Shown here piece after piece: positions 39,807-49,552 of a DNA stretch of 64,000 nucleotides; the stretch's first letter is position 1, and each line of letters starts with the position of its first letter. The DNA is taken from IMG/VR virus record IMGVR_UViG_3300020430_000007; one strand, 5' to 3'. Source of the stretch: a virus. The notes under the pieces are model-generated. The model saw only the letters and a program-made list of their open reading frames with translations, did no database searches and had not been told where the DNA came from. Position numbers and translations under genes: made by a program.

Positions 39807-40180
39807 TTGTTTATCTAGCAGGTCCTATAGAATTATGTTCTGAGGATGAAATTCATTTATGGAGAAATTATGTTTCTGAACATATTCCCTTGAATATAGC
39901 AGTATTAGAACCTCGTTATGACTTAAGTTCTGCTGGAGAGATATATCAAGACACAAGAAAAAATGTGCAAGAATGTGATATGATTTTTGCCTATTTACCA
40001 AAAAGTGTAAACGTAAGAAGACCTTCATACGGCACAATATTTGAAATTGCTTATGGTCATGCACTCCATAAGGATATTGTTATCGTTTCTGATGATGAGT
40101 ATGTTCACAATCACCCTATTATGAAGGGAATTGGAATGCATTTTAAATCTTTAGACAATGCAATTAAGTACTTATTTTAA
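39803..40180 (+). CDS. nucleoside 2-deoxyribosyltransferase-like protein
   Basis: VYLAGP...D...SYGTIFEIAYG motif. Confidence 0.8.
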   Translation: MIVYLAGPIELCSEDEIHLWRNYVSEHIPLNIAVLEPRYDLSSAGEIYQDTRKNVQECDMIFAYLPKSVNVRRPSYGTIFEIAYGHALHKDIVIVSDDEYVHNHPIMKGIGMHFKSLDNAIKYLF

Positions 40181-40685
40181 TGGTGTTTGGCAAGATAATA
40201 ACTTTGAGTCTTTACGTTACTCTGGTTACCAACTTGTAGATTACGTTAATTCTCAAAACCCTACCAGTGTTTTAGATGTGGGTTGTGGTTACAATAGGTT
40301 TAAGGGAAAAATAAAAAATCTTACTGGAATTGATCCATATAACGACGCTGCAGATATAAAAGTAAAAATAGAAAATTTTTATCCACTTACCATTCACGAT
40401 AATTACGATATTGTCTTATGCTTAGGTTCTATAAATTTTGGAGATGAAGAAACAATTGATAATCAATTGTCAATTATAAACGAGTTGTTTACAAAAGAGG
40501 CAATATTTAGAGTGAATCCTGGCATACCTCATGATTGGACAGATTACGGAGATATAGTTTGGTATAAGTGGACATTAGATAAAATACACCATGTTGCAAT
40601 GAAATATAACTATGATATAAAAAAACTTAAATGCGAGTATACTGCAGAGGGTCACAGAAGATTATTTTTTATTTTTGCTAAATAA
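40158..40685 (+). CDS. class I SAM-dependent methyltransferase
   Basis: VLDVGCG, GIDP, YDIVLCLGSINFG. Confidence 0.85.
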   Translation: MQLSTYFNGVWQDNNFESLRYSGYQLVDYVNSQNPTSVLDVGCGYNRFKGKIKNLTGIDPYNDAADIKVKIENFYPLTIHDNYDIVLCLGSINFGDEETIDNQLSIINELFTKEAIFRVNPGIPHDWTDYGDIVWYKWTLDKIHHVAMKYNYDIKKLKCEYTAEGHRRLFFIFAK

Positions 40686-40707
40686 ACATGTAGATAGGAA
40701 AATTAAA

Positions 40708-41382
40708 ATGCTTTCTGGAACAGATTTCGTTAAGAAGATCAAAGAAGGAAACAAGGCACTGTTTGACGCATCTCGCTCAAACGTCCGTCGTTTTTTCGCT
40801 TCCAACCCAAGTGATGAGTATCTAGTCGAGCACTTCCGTGGACGTATGGTCAACGAAGCTCAGAACATGTACGCTATCGCTGGTCAGGTTGCCTCCTCTG
40901 ATCCCTCTACCGACGTAAAAGACTTAGAACTTCTAAGCCGTCAAGCTATGGACGAAGCAAAGCACTTCCGTATGGTAAAGGAAGTAATCGAGCACATCAC
41001 TGGTGAAGAACTAGATGTTGCTGCTGCATTTGCTGCTGAAGCAGAGAAACCTCAAGCAAAAGGTGCTGAACTTTTAGATAAGTACGAAGCATCAGAGGAT
41101 GAAGCTGCACTTGCTGCATACCAACTGGTAGCAGAAGGAAGAGCAGAAGCAGTATGGAATGAAATGGGAGAATGTGTAAACGACAAGTTTATATCTTCAC
41201 GTTACAAGACTATTGCAAAGGATGAAGGATTCCACTCAAACTTAGGTGGACGTGCACTTTCTAGATTAGTAGAGGGAGATGCGGAAGCACAAACTCGCAT
41301 TCTAGATATGGTAGAGAAAATGAGAGTAGATCTCCTTGAGATCTCCAACAAGAACACTGCTACTCCTTTAGCCGTGATTTAA
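40708..41382 (+). CDS. ferritin-like di-iron carboxylate protein
   Basis: E...DEAKH and E...DEGFH ligand pattern; CTAAATA at 40678-40684; ATG at 40708. Confidence 0.8.
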   Translation: MLSGTDFVKKIKEGNKALFDASRSNVRRFFASNPSDEYLVEHFRGRMVNEAQNMYAIAGQVASSDPSTDVKDLELLSRQAMDEAKHFRMVKEVIEHITGEELDVAAAFAAEAEKPQAKGAELLDKYEASEDEAALAAYQLVAEGRAEAVWNEMGECVNDKFISSRYKTIAKDEGFHSNLGGRALSRLVEGDAEAQTRILDMVEKMRVDLLEISNKNTATPLAVI

Positions 41383-42004
41383 AAGGTTTACGACCTTTAC
41401 GAATTTCTTTATCTAACCAGTGCTCCTCGCACGGATAAACATACTTATGATTGGCATCGACAGTTATAAAATTGTCGATGCCTTCTTTTGTGATTGGAAA
41501 CTCTAAAATGCGTCCAAGATATTCTAAATATTTTTCTTTGTATAAGAAAAATGCCTCGTGGTCTATGAAGTGAACTGCTAGATCTTTATAATAGTCAAGT
41601 GCAATATCCATAGTCACTTCACCACCCACACGTTTTTGTTGTAGTTCGTTTATATTTCTATCTCTTACTATCACTGCTATGATTGGCATCACACCAAGTG
41701 ATATTGCTTTACGAGCAACCTCACATATTTTTGGTGTCTGTCTTACACCGTCATAAAAAAATGGGACAGACACATTTGCACAAAAATAATCTCCATTTGC
41801 AAATGTCCCCTTGTTTATTTTTTCTGGGTGCACCCAGTATTGTGCAAACGGTTCCTCATCACTAGGAACCCAATACTTTTCATGCAATTTTTCCCATCCA
41901 ATAACGTTGGGGTGTGCTGACAATAATCTAGCAAATAAATGATTTCCAGAACCTTGTGGACCTGTAACAATAAGTAATTTTTTCATAGGGAGAATAACCT
42001 TCAT
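41360..42004 (-). CDS. P-loop/sulfotransferase-like protein
   Basis: LLIVTGPQGSGNHL, HPNV, IVRD; start coupled to the upstream stop (TAATG). Confidence 0.65.
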   Translation of the reverse strand: MKVILPMKKLLIVTGPQGSGNHLFARLLSAHPNVIGWEKLHEKYWVPSDEEPFAQYWVHPEKINKGTFANGDYFCANVSVPFFYDGVRQTPKICEVARKAISLGVMPIIAVIVRDRNINELQQKRVGGEVTMDIALDYYKDLAVHFIDHEAFFLYKEKYLEYLGRILEFPITKEGIDNFITVDANHKYVYPCEEHWLDKEIRKGRKPFKSRLKE

Positions 42005-42792
42005 TAACAACAATCACATTCATTAAGTTTTTTTCCTGTTATTATTTCGTGTCTAAAATTTCTTTTATCATTTTTGTCTGCCCAATCACCCCATGCATCT
42101 GTTCCCTCCTCATCATAAGAATGATCTCTTTCTTTTGGTATTTGTTTTTCTGATATATTAGGATTCCATGGTGATGATATGCCAGTTTTATTACAATCAT
42201 CTAAGGGACTGTCTTTGATGTATGAGACATACTTTGCGTTTGAGTCAAGTTCCAATATATCATTTATTCTGTTATCATACCATGCTATAGGAATTCCTAA
42301 ATTTAATGATTTTAGATATTCTTGTTTATAAAGATATAACAATTCATAACTCAAAAAAATTGGTTTTTCAAATTGATGCAATTGATCTAGAAAATGTCTG
42401 GTTGTTGATTCTTCTCTTATCCTTTTTTGTTGATTTTCCAGTATGTTTTGATCCCTACCTATGACTAAGATCTTGGTTTTTATTCCCAAGTCCTGAGCAT
42501 TTGTGCAAAACTGCACCACGTTTGGACACCATTTCGTCCCTTTACTTTCTATGCCAAGTGGGATACTAATAGATGTAAAGTAATATTGACTTTGCGACCA
42601 GTCAAATTTATGCAACGTGGATGGATCCCTCCAATATGCTGCAAAGGGTTCTGAAAAACGGTGAGCTTCCCAATAATTATCAAGAAGACTCTTCCAACCA
42701 AAAACGTCATCGTGTAATGAGAATATTTTAGACCAGAGGTGGTTGCCCGAACCTTGCGGTCCCGTTAACACAGCGAGAGTTTTGTTCATCAT
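42004..42792 (-). CDS. P-loop/sulfotransferase-like protein (paralog of its neighbour)
   Basis: VLTGPQGSGNHL, EPFA.YW, IGRD, LSYE. Confidence 0.65.
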   Translation of the reverse strand: MMNKTLAVLTGPQGSGNHLWSKIFSLHDDVFGWKSLLDNYWEAHRFSEPFAAYWRDPSTLHKFDWSQSQYYFTSISIPLGIESKGTKWCPNVVQFCTNAQDLGIKTKILVIGRDQNILENQQKRIREESTTRHFLDQLHQFEKPIFLSYELLYLYKQEYLKSLNLGIPIAWYDNRINDILELDSNAKYVSYIKDSPLDDCNKTGISSPWNPNISEKQIPKERDHSYDEEGTDAWGDWADKNDKRNFRHEIITGKKLNECDCC

Positions 42793-42812
42793 AATCAGCA
42801 CCTTATAATCTA

Positions 42813-42827
42813 ATTATAACATAAATA
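42813..42827. promoter_or_regulatory. back-to-back promoters: extended -10 (minus) and late promoter (plus)
   Basis: Minus TGTTATAAT at 42813-42821; plus ATAAATA at 42821-42827. Confidence 0.55.
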
Positions 42828-42866
42828 TCTTGGACTGTAGATACAGTTTGTTTAGGTACATACCAT

Positions 42867-45614
42867 ATGGCAAATCCAAAAATAAAAATTAAACGATCTA
42901 GTGTCGTTGGCAAAGTTCCACATTATCCCACCACACTCGATTTAGGTGAATTTGCAATCAATACCGCAGACGGTAAAGTATTCATTGCAGCAGGTCAAGC
43001 AGGTGTTGGAGTCGGTACAACAGTAAGAGAAGTTGGTCTATCTACTGAAAATGTACTATCACAAAGTTTACAAGTAGACGGTAATACAGACTTAAATGGA
43101 AACTTAGATTTATCTGGATATTTTGATGTTGACGGACATGCAAATTTAGATAATGTAAGTGTAGCAGGTATAACAACTTTTAGTGGAGCAGTAACTGGTA
43201 GTGGTGGATTTATTGGTGATCTTACAGGTAACGCTGACTCTGCAACAATAGCAACAAATGCTCAGGGGTTATCTGGAACTCCTGACATAAACGTAAGAAA
43301 CATAACTGGCGTTGCTGCCACTTTTACTGGTGGTGTAACAGGTAATGTTATAGGTAATCTTACAGGTAATGTTACTGGTAATATATCTGGTGAAATAACT
43401 GCCGACACCATACTATCGACAGGAATTATAACTGCAACATCCTTCTTCACTGGTGCAGAGGGATCAGCAATAAGAGTAACAAACAATACAATATCAGGAC
43501 CAGCAACCATAACTCTTGATCCTGCTGCTGTAGGTGACAATACTGGCACTGTTGTTGTTGCGGGTGATTTACAAGTTGATGGCACGACTACCACCATTAA
43601 TTCAACAACTGTCAATATTGACGATAAAAACATACAAGTTGCTACGGGTGCTATAAATGACGCAGCTGCTGATGGTGCTGGAATCACCATTGACTCTGGA
43701 GATGGAGATAAATCTTGGCAATTTGAGGCAACAGGAGATAATTTTGGTTCTTCTGAAAATATTAATATAGCGTCAGGTAAATCTTATAAGATAAACAATA
43801 CCACAGTTCTCGATGCTAACACTCTTGGATCTGGTATTGTCAATTCGTCTCTAACAAGTTTAGGTACAATTGGGTCTTTAGTTGCTACCTCTGCGGATAT
43901 AAACGGTGGTACAATTGACAATTCTGTCATAGGTGGATCTACACCTGCTGCTGCAACATTTACCAACACCACCGTTAATGGTGTTCTAGACGTAGATGGA
44001 CATACCAATTTAGACAACGTAAGTATATCTGGTTTAACCACAGTTACAGGTGCTATTACTGCCTCAGGAGGAGTGATAGGTAATATCACAGGTACAGTTT
44101 CTGATATAAGCAATCACAATACTGGTGACCTTTCAGAGGGATCAAATCTTTACTACACAAATGCTCGTGCTGATGCTAGAGTTGACGCAGGTTTTTCTGC
44201 TAAGTCCACTAGTGATTTATCAGAGGGTACAAATCTTTATTACACCAATGCTCGTGCTGATGCAAGAATTGTTTCCGCAGGACTTGATAGTGGCACTCTT
44301 ACTGGTAATGTAACAGGTAACGTAACTGGTAACGTAACTGGTAACGCTGATACTGCTACACTCGCAACCAACTCGCAAGGATTAACTGGAACCCCTGATA
44401 TCACTGTTAGAAATATAACAGGAGTTGCTGCTACATTCACTGGCAACCTTACTGTTGGAGGTGTATTAACCTATGAGGATGTAACAAATATTGATTCAAT
44501 TGGTATTGTTACAGCAAGAACAGATATTGTTGTTGATAGAAATCTAAGTGTTGCTGGCATCGCCACTGTCACAGGTGATCTTTACGTAGGTGGTAAACTT
44601 TTTGACGGTGATGATGCGTTTGGCACATCAGGTCAAGTTCTTTCGTCCGATGGAACAGACACAAGATGGGTAAACAGTGGAAGTCTTACTGCTGGTGCTG
44701 CATCATTAGTAGGTGTTACTGCTGTATCTGATAACTCAACACACTTCCTTACCTTTGTTGATACCTCATCTGGTAATGAATCAATCAAGGTTGATACAGG
44801 ACTCACATACAACCCTAGCACCAATCAATTAGTTCTTGCTGGTCTTAGTTTCCCTGTGTCCGACGGGTCTGCAGATCAAGTTTTGACCACGGATGGTGCG
44901 GGGACACTTAGTTTTCAAACAGTGTCTGGTGGTGGTGCTGGTGCTGCTACAAGTATATCTGAGAGTAGTTCAACTGCAACTGCTGGTCAAACTGCATTCA
45001 CAGCACCAAATGTTTTTGACGATGGGGCACAGGCAAAACCATTTCCAGTGTCAGTTTTTGTTAATGGTGTAAGACAGAGAGTCGGAGCTGCATCATCTAA
45101 CGATTTCCAATTATCTGCACCACAAACAATTAATTTCAATGCACAGTCTGCTGCTAATGCAGGTGACAGAGTAACTATACAAGTTGGTTTTGGACACACT
45201 ATTACCGAGGAGTATTTTACTGCAACACAAAATCAAACTGAGTTTCAAACTACCTCAGCAACGCCAGGTGCAATCAAAGAAAAAATTCATGTTTATTTGA
45301 ATGGTGTTTTATTGAGAAATGGAACTGATTATACTGCTGGATCACCTGTCACTTTAGTTGAAGGTGCAACTCTTGGTGACGAGATAAGTCTTGTTGGTCC
45401 TGCAGGTGAGGATGTGTTTACTGCTACCGCAGGTCAAACTTTGTTTACACCCACTGACAATGACACAACACCTGAAAATGTGGAGGTTTATCTAAATGGT
45501 GTAAGACTTGAACTGACACAAGATTATACAAAGGGAAGTCCACAAGTTACAATCATCAACCCTGCCACAGGACTAGACGCTGGTGATGAACTTGATGTTG
45601 TTATCACAAGATAA
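42867..45614 (+). CDS. tail fibre protein
   Basis: IKIKRS/GEFAIN..DGK N-terminus, GNVT repeats, YEDVTNIDSIG, C-terminal TATAGQT..F/VYLNGV repeats. Confidence 0.88.
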   Translation: MANPKIKIKRSSVVGKVPHYPTTLDLGEFAINTADGKVFIAAGQAGVGVGTTVREVGLSTENVLSQSLQVDGNTDLNGNLDLSGYFDVDGHANLDNVSVAGITTFSGAVTGSGGFIGDLTGNADSATIATNAQGLSGTPDINVRNITGVAATFTGGVTGNVIGNLTGNVTGNISGEITADTILSTGIITATSFFTGAEGSAIRVTNNTISGPATITLDPAAVGDNTGTVVVAGDLQVDGTTTTINSTTVNIDDKNIQVATGAINDAAADGAGITIDSGDGDKSWQFEATGDNFGSSENINIASGKSYKINNTTVLDANTLGSGIVNSSLTSLGTIGSLVATSADINGGTIDNSVIGGSTPAAATFTNTTVNGVLDVDGHTNLDNVSISGLTTVTGAITASGGVIGNITGTVSDISNHNTGDLSEGSNLYYTNARADARVDAGFSAKSTSDLSEGTNLYYTNARADARIVSAGLDSGTLTGNVTGNVTGNVTGNADTATLATNSQGLTGTPDITVRNITGVAATFTGNLTVGGVLTYEDVTNIDSIGIVTARTDIVVDRNLSVAGIATVTGDLYVGGKLFDGDDAFGTSGQVLSSDGTDTRWVNSGSLTAGAASLVGVTAVSDNSTHFLTFVDTSSGNESIKVDTGLTYNPSTNQLVLAGLSFPVSDGSADQVLTTDGAGTLSFQTVSGGGAGAATSISESSSTATAGQTAFTAPNVFDDGAQAKPFPVSVFVNGVRQRVGAASSNDFQLSAPQTINFNAQSAANAGDRVTIQVGFGHTITEEYFTATQNQTEFQTTSATPGAIKEKIHVYLNGVLLRNGTDYTAGSPVTLVEGATLGDEISLVGPAGEDVFTATAGQTLFTPTDNDTTPENVEVYLNGVRLELTQDYTKGSPQVTIINPATGLDAGDELDVVITR
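44121..44267 (+). repeat. internal direct repeat in the tail fibre (2 x ~60 nt, 87-nt period)
   Basis: TGDLSEGSNLYYTNARADAR / TSDLSEGTNLYYTNARADAR. Confidence 0.85.
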
Positions 45615-45622
45615 ATAGTCAT

Positions 45623-46477
45623 ATGGCACAACCAAACACTAGACAAGGACTCATAGAATACGGTAAGAGGCAACTAGGTGCTCCCGTGTTGGAGATAAAT
45701 GTTGCTGATGAGCAATATGATGATCTAATAGATGATGCTATTCAGATGTTTCACAACCGTCACATGGATGGTGTGGAAAAAATGTATTTGAAACATAAAA
45801 TAACGGAAAATTTTACTAACACAGTGCAAGCAAGTGGGACTGATGGTGCAGCATCATCCTTAGGAATAACAACCACAACTGCTAGTGCGACAATTACTGG
45901 TATAGGTGCTACCACATTTTCTTTTGAAGAGACTCAAAACTTTATCCAAATTCCAGACGCTGTTATTGGTGTTGAGAAAGTATGGAAGGTAGATAGTCGT
46001 GCAATAGCATCTAACATGTTCAATATAACTTATCAATTATTTTTGAATGAAATATATTATTTTAGTTCAATGGAATTGTTGAGTTACACACAAACAAAAA
46101 GATATCTAGAAGATATTGATTTTATATTACATCCTGACAAACAAATAAGATTTAACAGAAGACAAAATAGATTGTATATTGATAGTGATTATTCTAGTAT
46201 GAAAGAAGATGATTATTTAATAATTGAATGTTACAGAACACTTGATCCTAATGAGTATACCAAGGTTTATAATGACCCATTCTTAAAAAGGTACTTTACT
46301 GCTTTGCTCAAAAGGCAGTGGGGTATGAACTTGATTAAATATCAGGGTGTAAAATTGCCTGGCGGTGTTGAACTCAATGGTAGGCAAATTTATGACGATG
46401 GTGTAGCAGAGATTACATCACTTGAAGAAAAAATGAGTTCTACTTACGAACTACCAGTAATGGACATGATAGGGTAA
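45623..46477 (+). CDS. gp13: neck protein gp13
   Basis: LGAPVLEINV, KRQWGMNLIKY, LPGGVELNG; ATAAATA at 45611-45617. Confidence 0.93.
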   Translation: MAQPNTRQGLIEYGKRQLGAPVLEINVADEQYDDLIDDAIQMFHNRHMDGVEKMYLKHKITENFTNTVQASGTDGAASSLGITTTTASATITGIGATTFSFEETQNFIQIPDAVIGVEKVWKVDSRAIASNMFNITYQLFLNEIYYFSSMELLSYTQTKRYLEDIDFILHPDKQIRFNRRQNRLYIDSDYSSMKEDDYLIIECYRTLDPNEYTKVYNDPFLKRYFTALLKRQWGMNLIKYQGVKLPGGVELNGRQIYDDGVAEITSLEEKMSSTYELPVMDMIG

Positions 46478-46656
46478 TGAAAACATTTAAGCAATTTATG
46501 AAAGAGGGAGGGTTTGTCAAGAGTGTTGGCGAACCAATTGGCGTGGGAGACATGATAAAAGGTCTAAAAATTATTGATGACACTGAAACCAACCCTCTCA
46601 AAAAACAATTAAGACAAATTCGTTTCGGTAAAAGTAATCCACTGAAAGGTGTATAA
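46477..46656 (+). CDS. 59-aa basic protein beginning MKTFKQF, putative internal head protein
   Basis: Hand-translated; TAATG overlaps with gp13 and gp14 at both ends. Confidence 0.7.
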   Translation: MKTFKQFMKEGGFVKSVGEPIGVGDMIKGLKIIDDTETNPLKKQLRQIRFGKSNPLKGV

Positions 46657-48080
46657 TGGCACTCAATCCGTTCTTCTTACAAGGTAGTAAGGGTGAGCAG
46701 AACCTTGTTCAAGATCTTGTAAATGAACACATAAAAATGCATGGCATCGAGTTTATTTACATGCCAAGAGTATACGTTACATCTAAAGATGTAATGCGTG
46801 AAGTTGTTGATTCCAAATTTGATAGATCATTTCCTATAGAAGGTTATATAGAATCATTTGAAGGATTTGATTCAGGGTACAATTTACTTACAAAATTTGG
46901 TGTAAGATCAACTGCCCAAATGGATGTTATCATATCTCAAGAAGCATATATTAATGGCATAGCACCATTGTTATGGAAATTTCCTGGCAAAACACTCGGT
47001 CCTACAGGAAGACCTGAAAATCAAGAAAGACCATATGAGGGAGACCTTATATACTTCCCATTGAGAGATATAATATTTGAAATTAAGTATGTAAATGATC
47101 TTGTAGAATTTTATCAGTTACAAAAAAATTATACTTACAGATTAACTCTTGAACCATTCGAGTATTCAGACGAAACAATTGATACTGGTATTGATGCCAT
47201 TGATGATGATTTTGAGACTGCTGGTTATAATGTTACCATGAAATTAGGTGATGAGGGTGATAGAGCAACAGCGTTTACAACACTTACAACTGGTGGTATA
47301 TTTAAGATTGATGTTTTGAATGGTGGATCTGGATATACAAACGCTCCTACAGTTTTAATTGAACCTCCTGAGGGAGAGTTTGGATCTGCTGCAAAAGCTG
47401 TTGCTATAACCACTCACACAGGAACAAGAAACTTTAGGTCATTAGCGATACTACGTTTTGAAATTACAGATCCTGGCTCTGGGTATGTTGCAGGTAGAGA
47501 TAATCCAACCATACAATTTATTACAGAAGATGGAAAAGGATCTGGTGCAACAGCAAAAGCAGGTATAGGAACCGCAGGAGTGGTTGGTATTGTCACCATG
47601 TCATTTACTGGTAATAATTATGCTGTGCCACCTACAATCACATTTGATGAACCTGACACAGGAGGAACTAGAGCAACCGCAACCACTAAACTTAGTGCTA
47701 CTGGTCAGGTAGAAAGCGTTCAAGTTACAAATGCTGGTTTTGGATATACTGTTGTGCCTGCCATAACAATAGGTGCAGCATCAAGTGTAGGAAGTGGAAC
47801 ATTCTTGTACGGAGAGATGATAACTGGTCAATCAAGTCTCACAACTGCTTTTGTTACTAAATGGGATACAAGCACTAACACATTACTTGCAAAACATCTT
47901 TCTGGTGAGTTCTCTGTTGGTGAGGTTATATCTAATGTTGGGTTTGGAAGTGCACTGTACGTTCTAAATAGCATCGATTATGATGATGACGATTCTTACA
48001 ATACTGGAGACACTATTGAGGTTCGTTCTGATACATCAATTCTAGACTTTACAGAAAGAAATCCATTTGGTGAAGTATAA
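46656..48080 (+). CDS. gp14: neck protein gp14 with an internal insertion
   Basis: MALNPFFLQGS, RPYEGDLIYFP, DFTERNPFG. Confidence 0.92.
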   Translation: MALNPFFLQGSKGEQNLVQDLVNEHIKMHGIEFIYMPRVYVTSKDVMREVVDSKFDRSFPIEGYIESFEGFDSGYNLLTKFGVRSTAQMDVIISQEAYINGIAPLLWKFPGKTLGPTGRPENQERPYEGDLIYFPLRDIIFEIKYVNDLVEFYQLQKNYTYRLTLEPFEYSDETIDTGIDAIDDDFETAGYNVTMKLGDEGDRATAFTTLTTGGIFKIDVLNGGSGYTNAPTVLIEPPEGEFGSAAKAVAITTHTGTRNFRSLAILRFEITDPGSGYVAGRDNPTIQFITEDGKGSGATAKAGIGTAGVVGIVTMSFTGNNYAVPPTITFDEPDTGGTRATATTKLSATGQVESVQVTNAGFGYTVVPAITIGAASSVGSGTFLYGEMITGQSSLTTAFVTKWDTSTNTLLAKHLSGEFSVGEVISNVGFGSALYVLNSIDYDDDDSYNTGDTIEVRSDTSILDFTERNPFGEV

Positions 48081-49126
48081 TGGTAGGTAACTATTTTTAT
48101 AATGAAACTATAAGAAAAACAGTCATAGCGTTTGGTACACTGTTTAATAATATAAGCATCAAAAAATTTGCTGGTGATGGCAAAGCTGTTAGTATGGTAA
48201 AGGTTCCAATTGCTTATGGACCTATGCAAAGGTTTTTAGCAAGGATTGAGCAACAACAAAATTTTGATGATAATATTGCAATTACTCTTCCTAGGATATC
48301 GTTTGAATTAACATCTTACACGTACGACGTTGCACGAAAAGCATCACCGATAACTAAATTTTTTGCAAAATCTCCAACATCAAAAACTAAACACAAAAAA
48401 ATGTTTTTGCCTGTTCCATACGATGTGGGATTTAGATTGAGTTTTGCTACAAAACTTCAAGATGATGCTCTACAAATTGTGGAGCAAATACTTCCATTTT
48501 TCCAACCATCTTACAATGTTACCGTCAATATGTTGGAGGGTATTGAGGAGAAAAGAGATATTCCATTTACATTACGTAACATTTCTTTTTCAGACGAGTA
48601 TGAAGGAGATTTTTCAACTAGGAGATTTATACAATACGATTTAGATTTTGTTGCTAAAACATATTTTTATCAAGAAATTCCTACGGACGAGGGTGGAATT
48701 ATCAAGAAAGTTCAAATAGATTACTCCACAAATATCAGAGCACCAAGGGAGCAGAGATATACTGTTACACCTCAGGCAGTCAAAGATTATAATGATGATG
48801 AGACTACAAAATTATCGACTGATTTAGATGATAAGAAAACACTTGTCAAGGTTAATAATGCTGCAGGGATATCCACTAAAAATTTTATACAAATCAATAA
48901 CGAAACAATGTACGTGAAGGAGGTTGATGGAACAAATTTAATTGTCAACAGAGGTCAGTTTGGAACTAAGATTGTAGAGCACTATAAAGATAACGTTGTA
49001 AATTTGGTAAATATAACTGACAACAGTCTTATTGAGGTTGGTGATGACTTTGGATTTAGTGAGTCAAGATCATTCTTCGGTAACGATGGATTACAACGCA
49101 GTAGTTCCACTGGAACAGACATCTAA
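48080..49126 (+). CDS. gp15: tail sheath stabiliser gp15
   Basis: YFYNETIRK..IAFGTLFN, LPRISFE, QIVEQILPFFQP. Confidence 0.93.
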   Translation: MVGNYFYNETIRKTVIAFGTLFNNISIKKFAGDGKAVSMVKVPIAYGPMQRFLARIEQQQNFDDNIAITLPRISFELTSYTYDVARKASPITKFFAKSPTSKTKHKKMFLPVPYDVGFRLSFATKLQDDALQIVEQILPFFQPSYNVTVNMLEGIEEKRDIPFTLRNISFSDEYEGDFSTRRFIQYDLDFVAKTYFYQEIPTDEGGIIKKVQIDYSTNIRAPREQRYTVTPQAVKDYNDDETTKLSTDLDDKKTLVKVNNAAGISTKNFIQINNETMYVKEVDGTNLIVNRGQFGTKIVEHYKDNVVNLVNITDNSLIEVGDDFGFSESRSFFGNDGLQRSSSTGTDI

Positions 49127-49533
49127 TGGATAAAGGATTTGAAGCAATTGATAAAGCATTATCTGTAAAAGCAGAAATTGTTGACTCAACTAAACCCAAA
49201 CAATCTAAAAAAAATCATGATGATCCTACTAAGGATTATGAATATAGCAGAACACAGTTTTACAATTTGATTGAGAAGGGGCAGGAAGCAGTTGAGGGTA
49301 TATTGGATGTCGCAAATGACTCTCAACACCCTAGAGCATACGAGGTTGCTGGTCAATTAATAAAACACATTGCAGACACCACTGATAAATTGGTTGATTT
49401 GCAGAAAAAAATGAAGGACTTAGACGAAGATAAGTCAGTAAAGAAGATTACTAATAACTCATTATTTGTAGGTAGCACTGCTGATCTTCAAAAGATGTTG
49501 AAGGCAAATGGACTTATTGATAAAAATAAATAG
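49126..49533 (+). CDS. gp16: terminase small subunit gp16
   Basis: DYEYSR, HPRAYEV, NNSLFVGST. Confidence 0.92.
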   Translation: MDKGFEAIDKALSVKAEIVDSTKPKQSKKNHDDPTKDYEYSRTQFYNLIEKGQEAVEGILDVANDSQHPRAYEVAGQLIKHIADTTDKLVDLQKKMKDLDEDKSVKKITNNSLFVGSTADLQKMLKANGLIDKNK

Positions 49534-49552
49534 ATCGTAGGCAATAAAAAAA

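Noticed and set aside
44121-44345. Repeats as a CRISPR array or DGR template/variable pair
   Set aside because: In-frame protein-coding repeats with mostly synonymous differences; no unique spacers, adenine-specific variation, reverse transcriptase or cas genes
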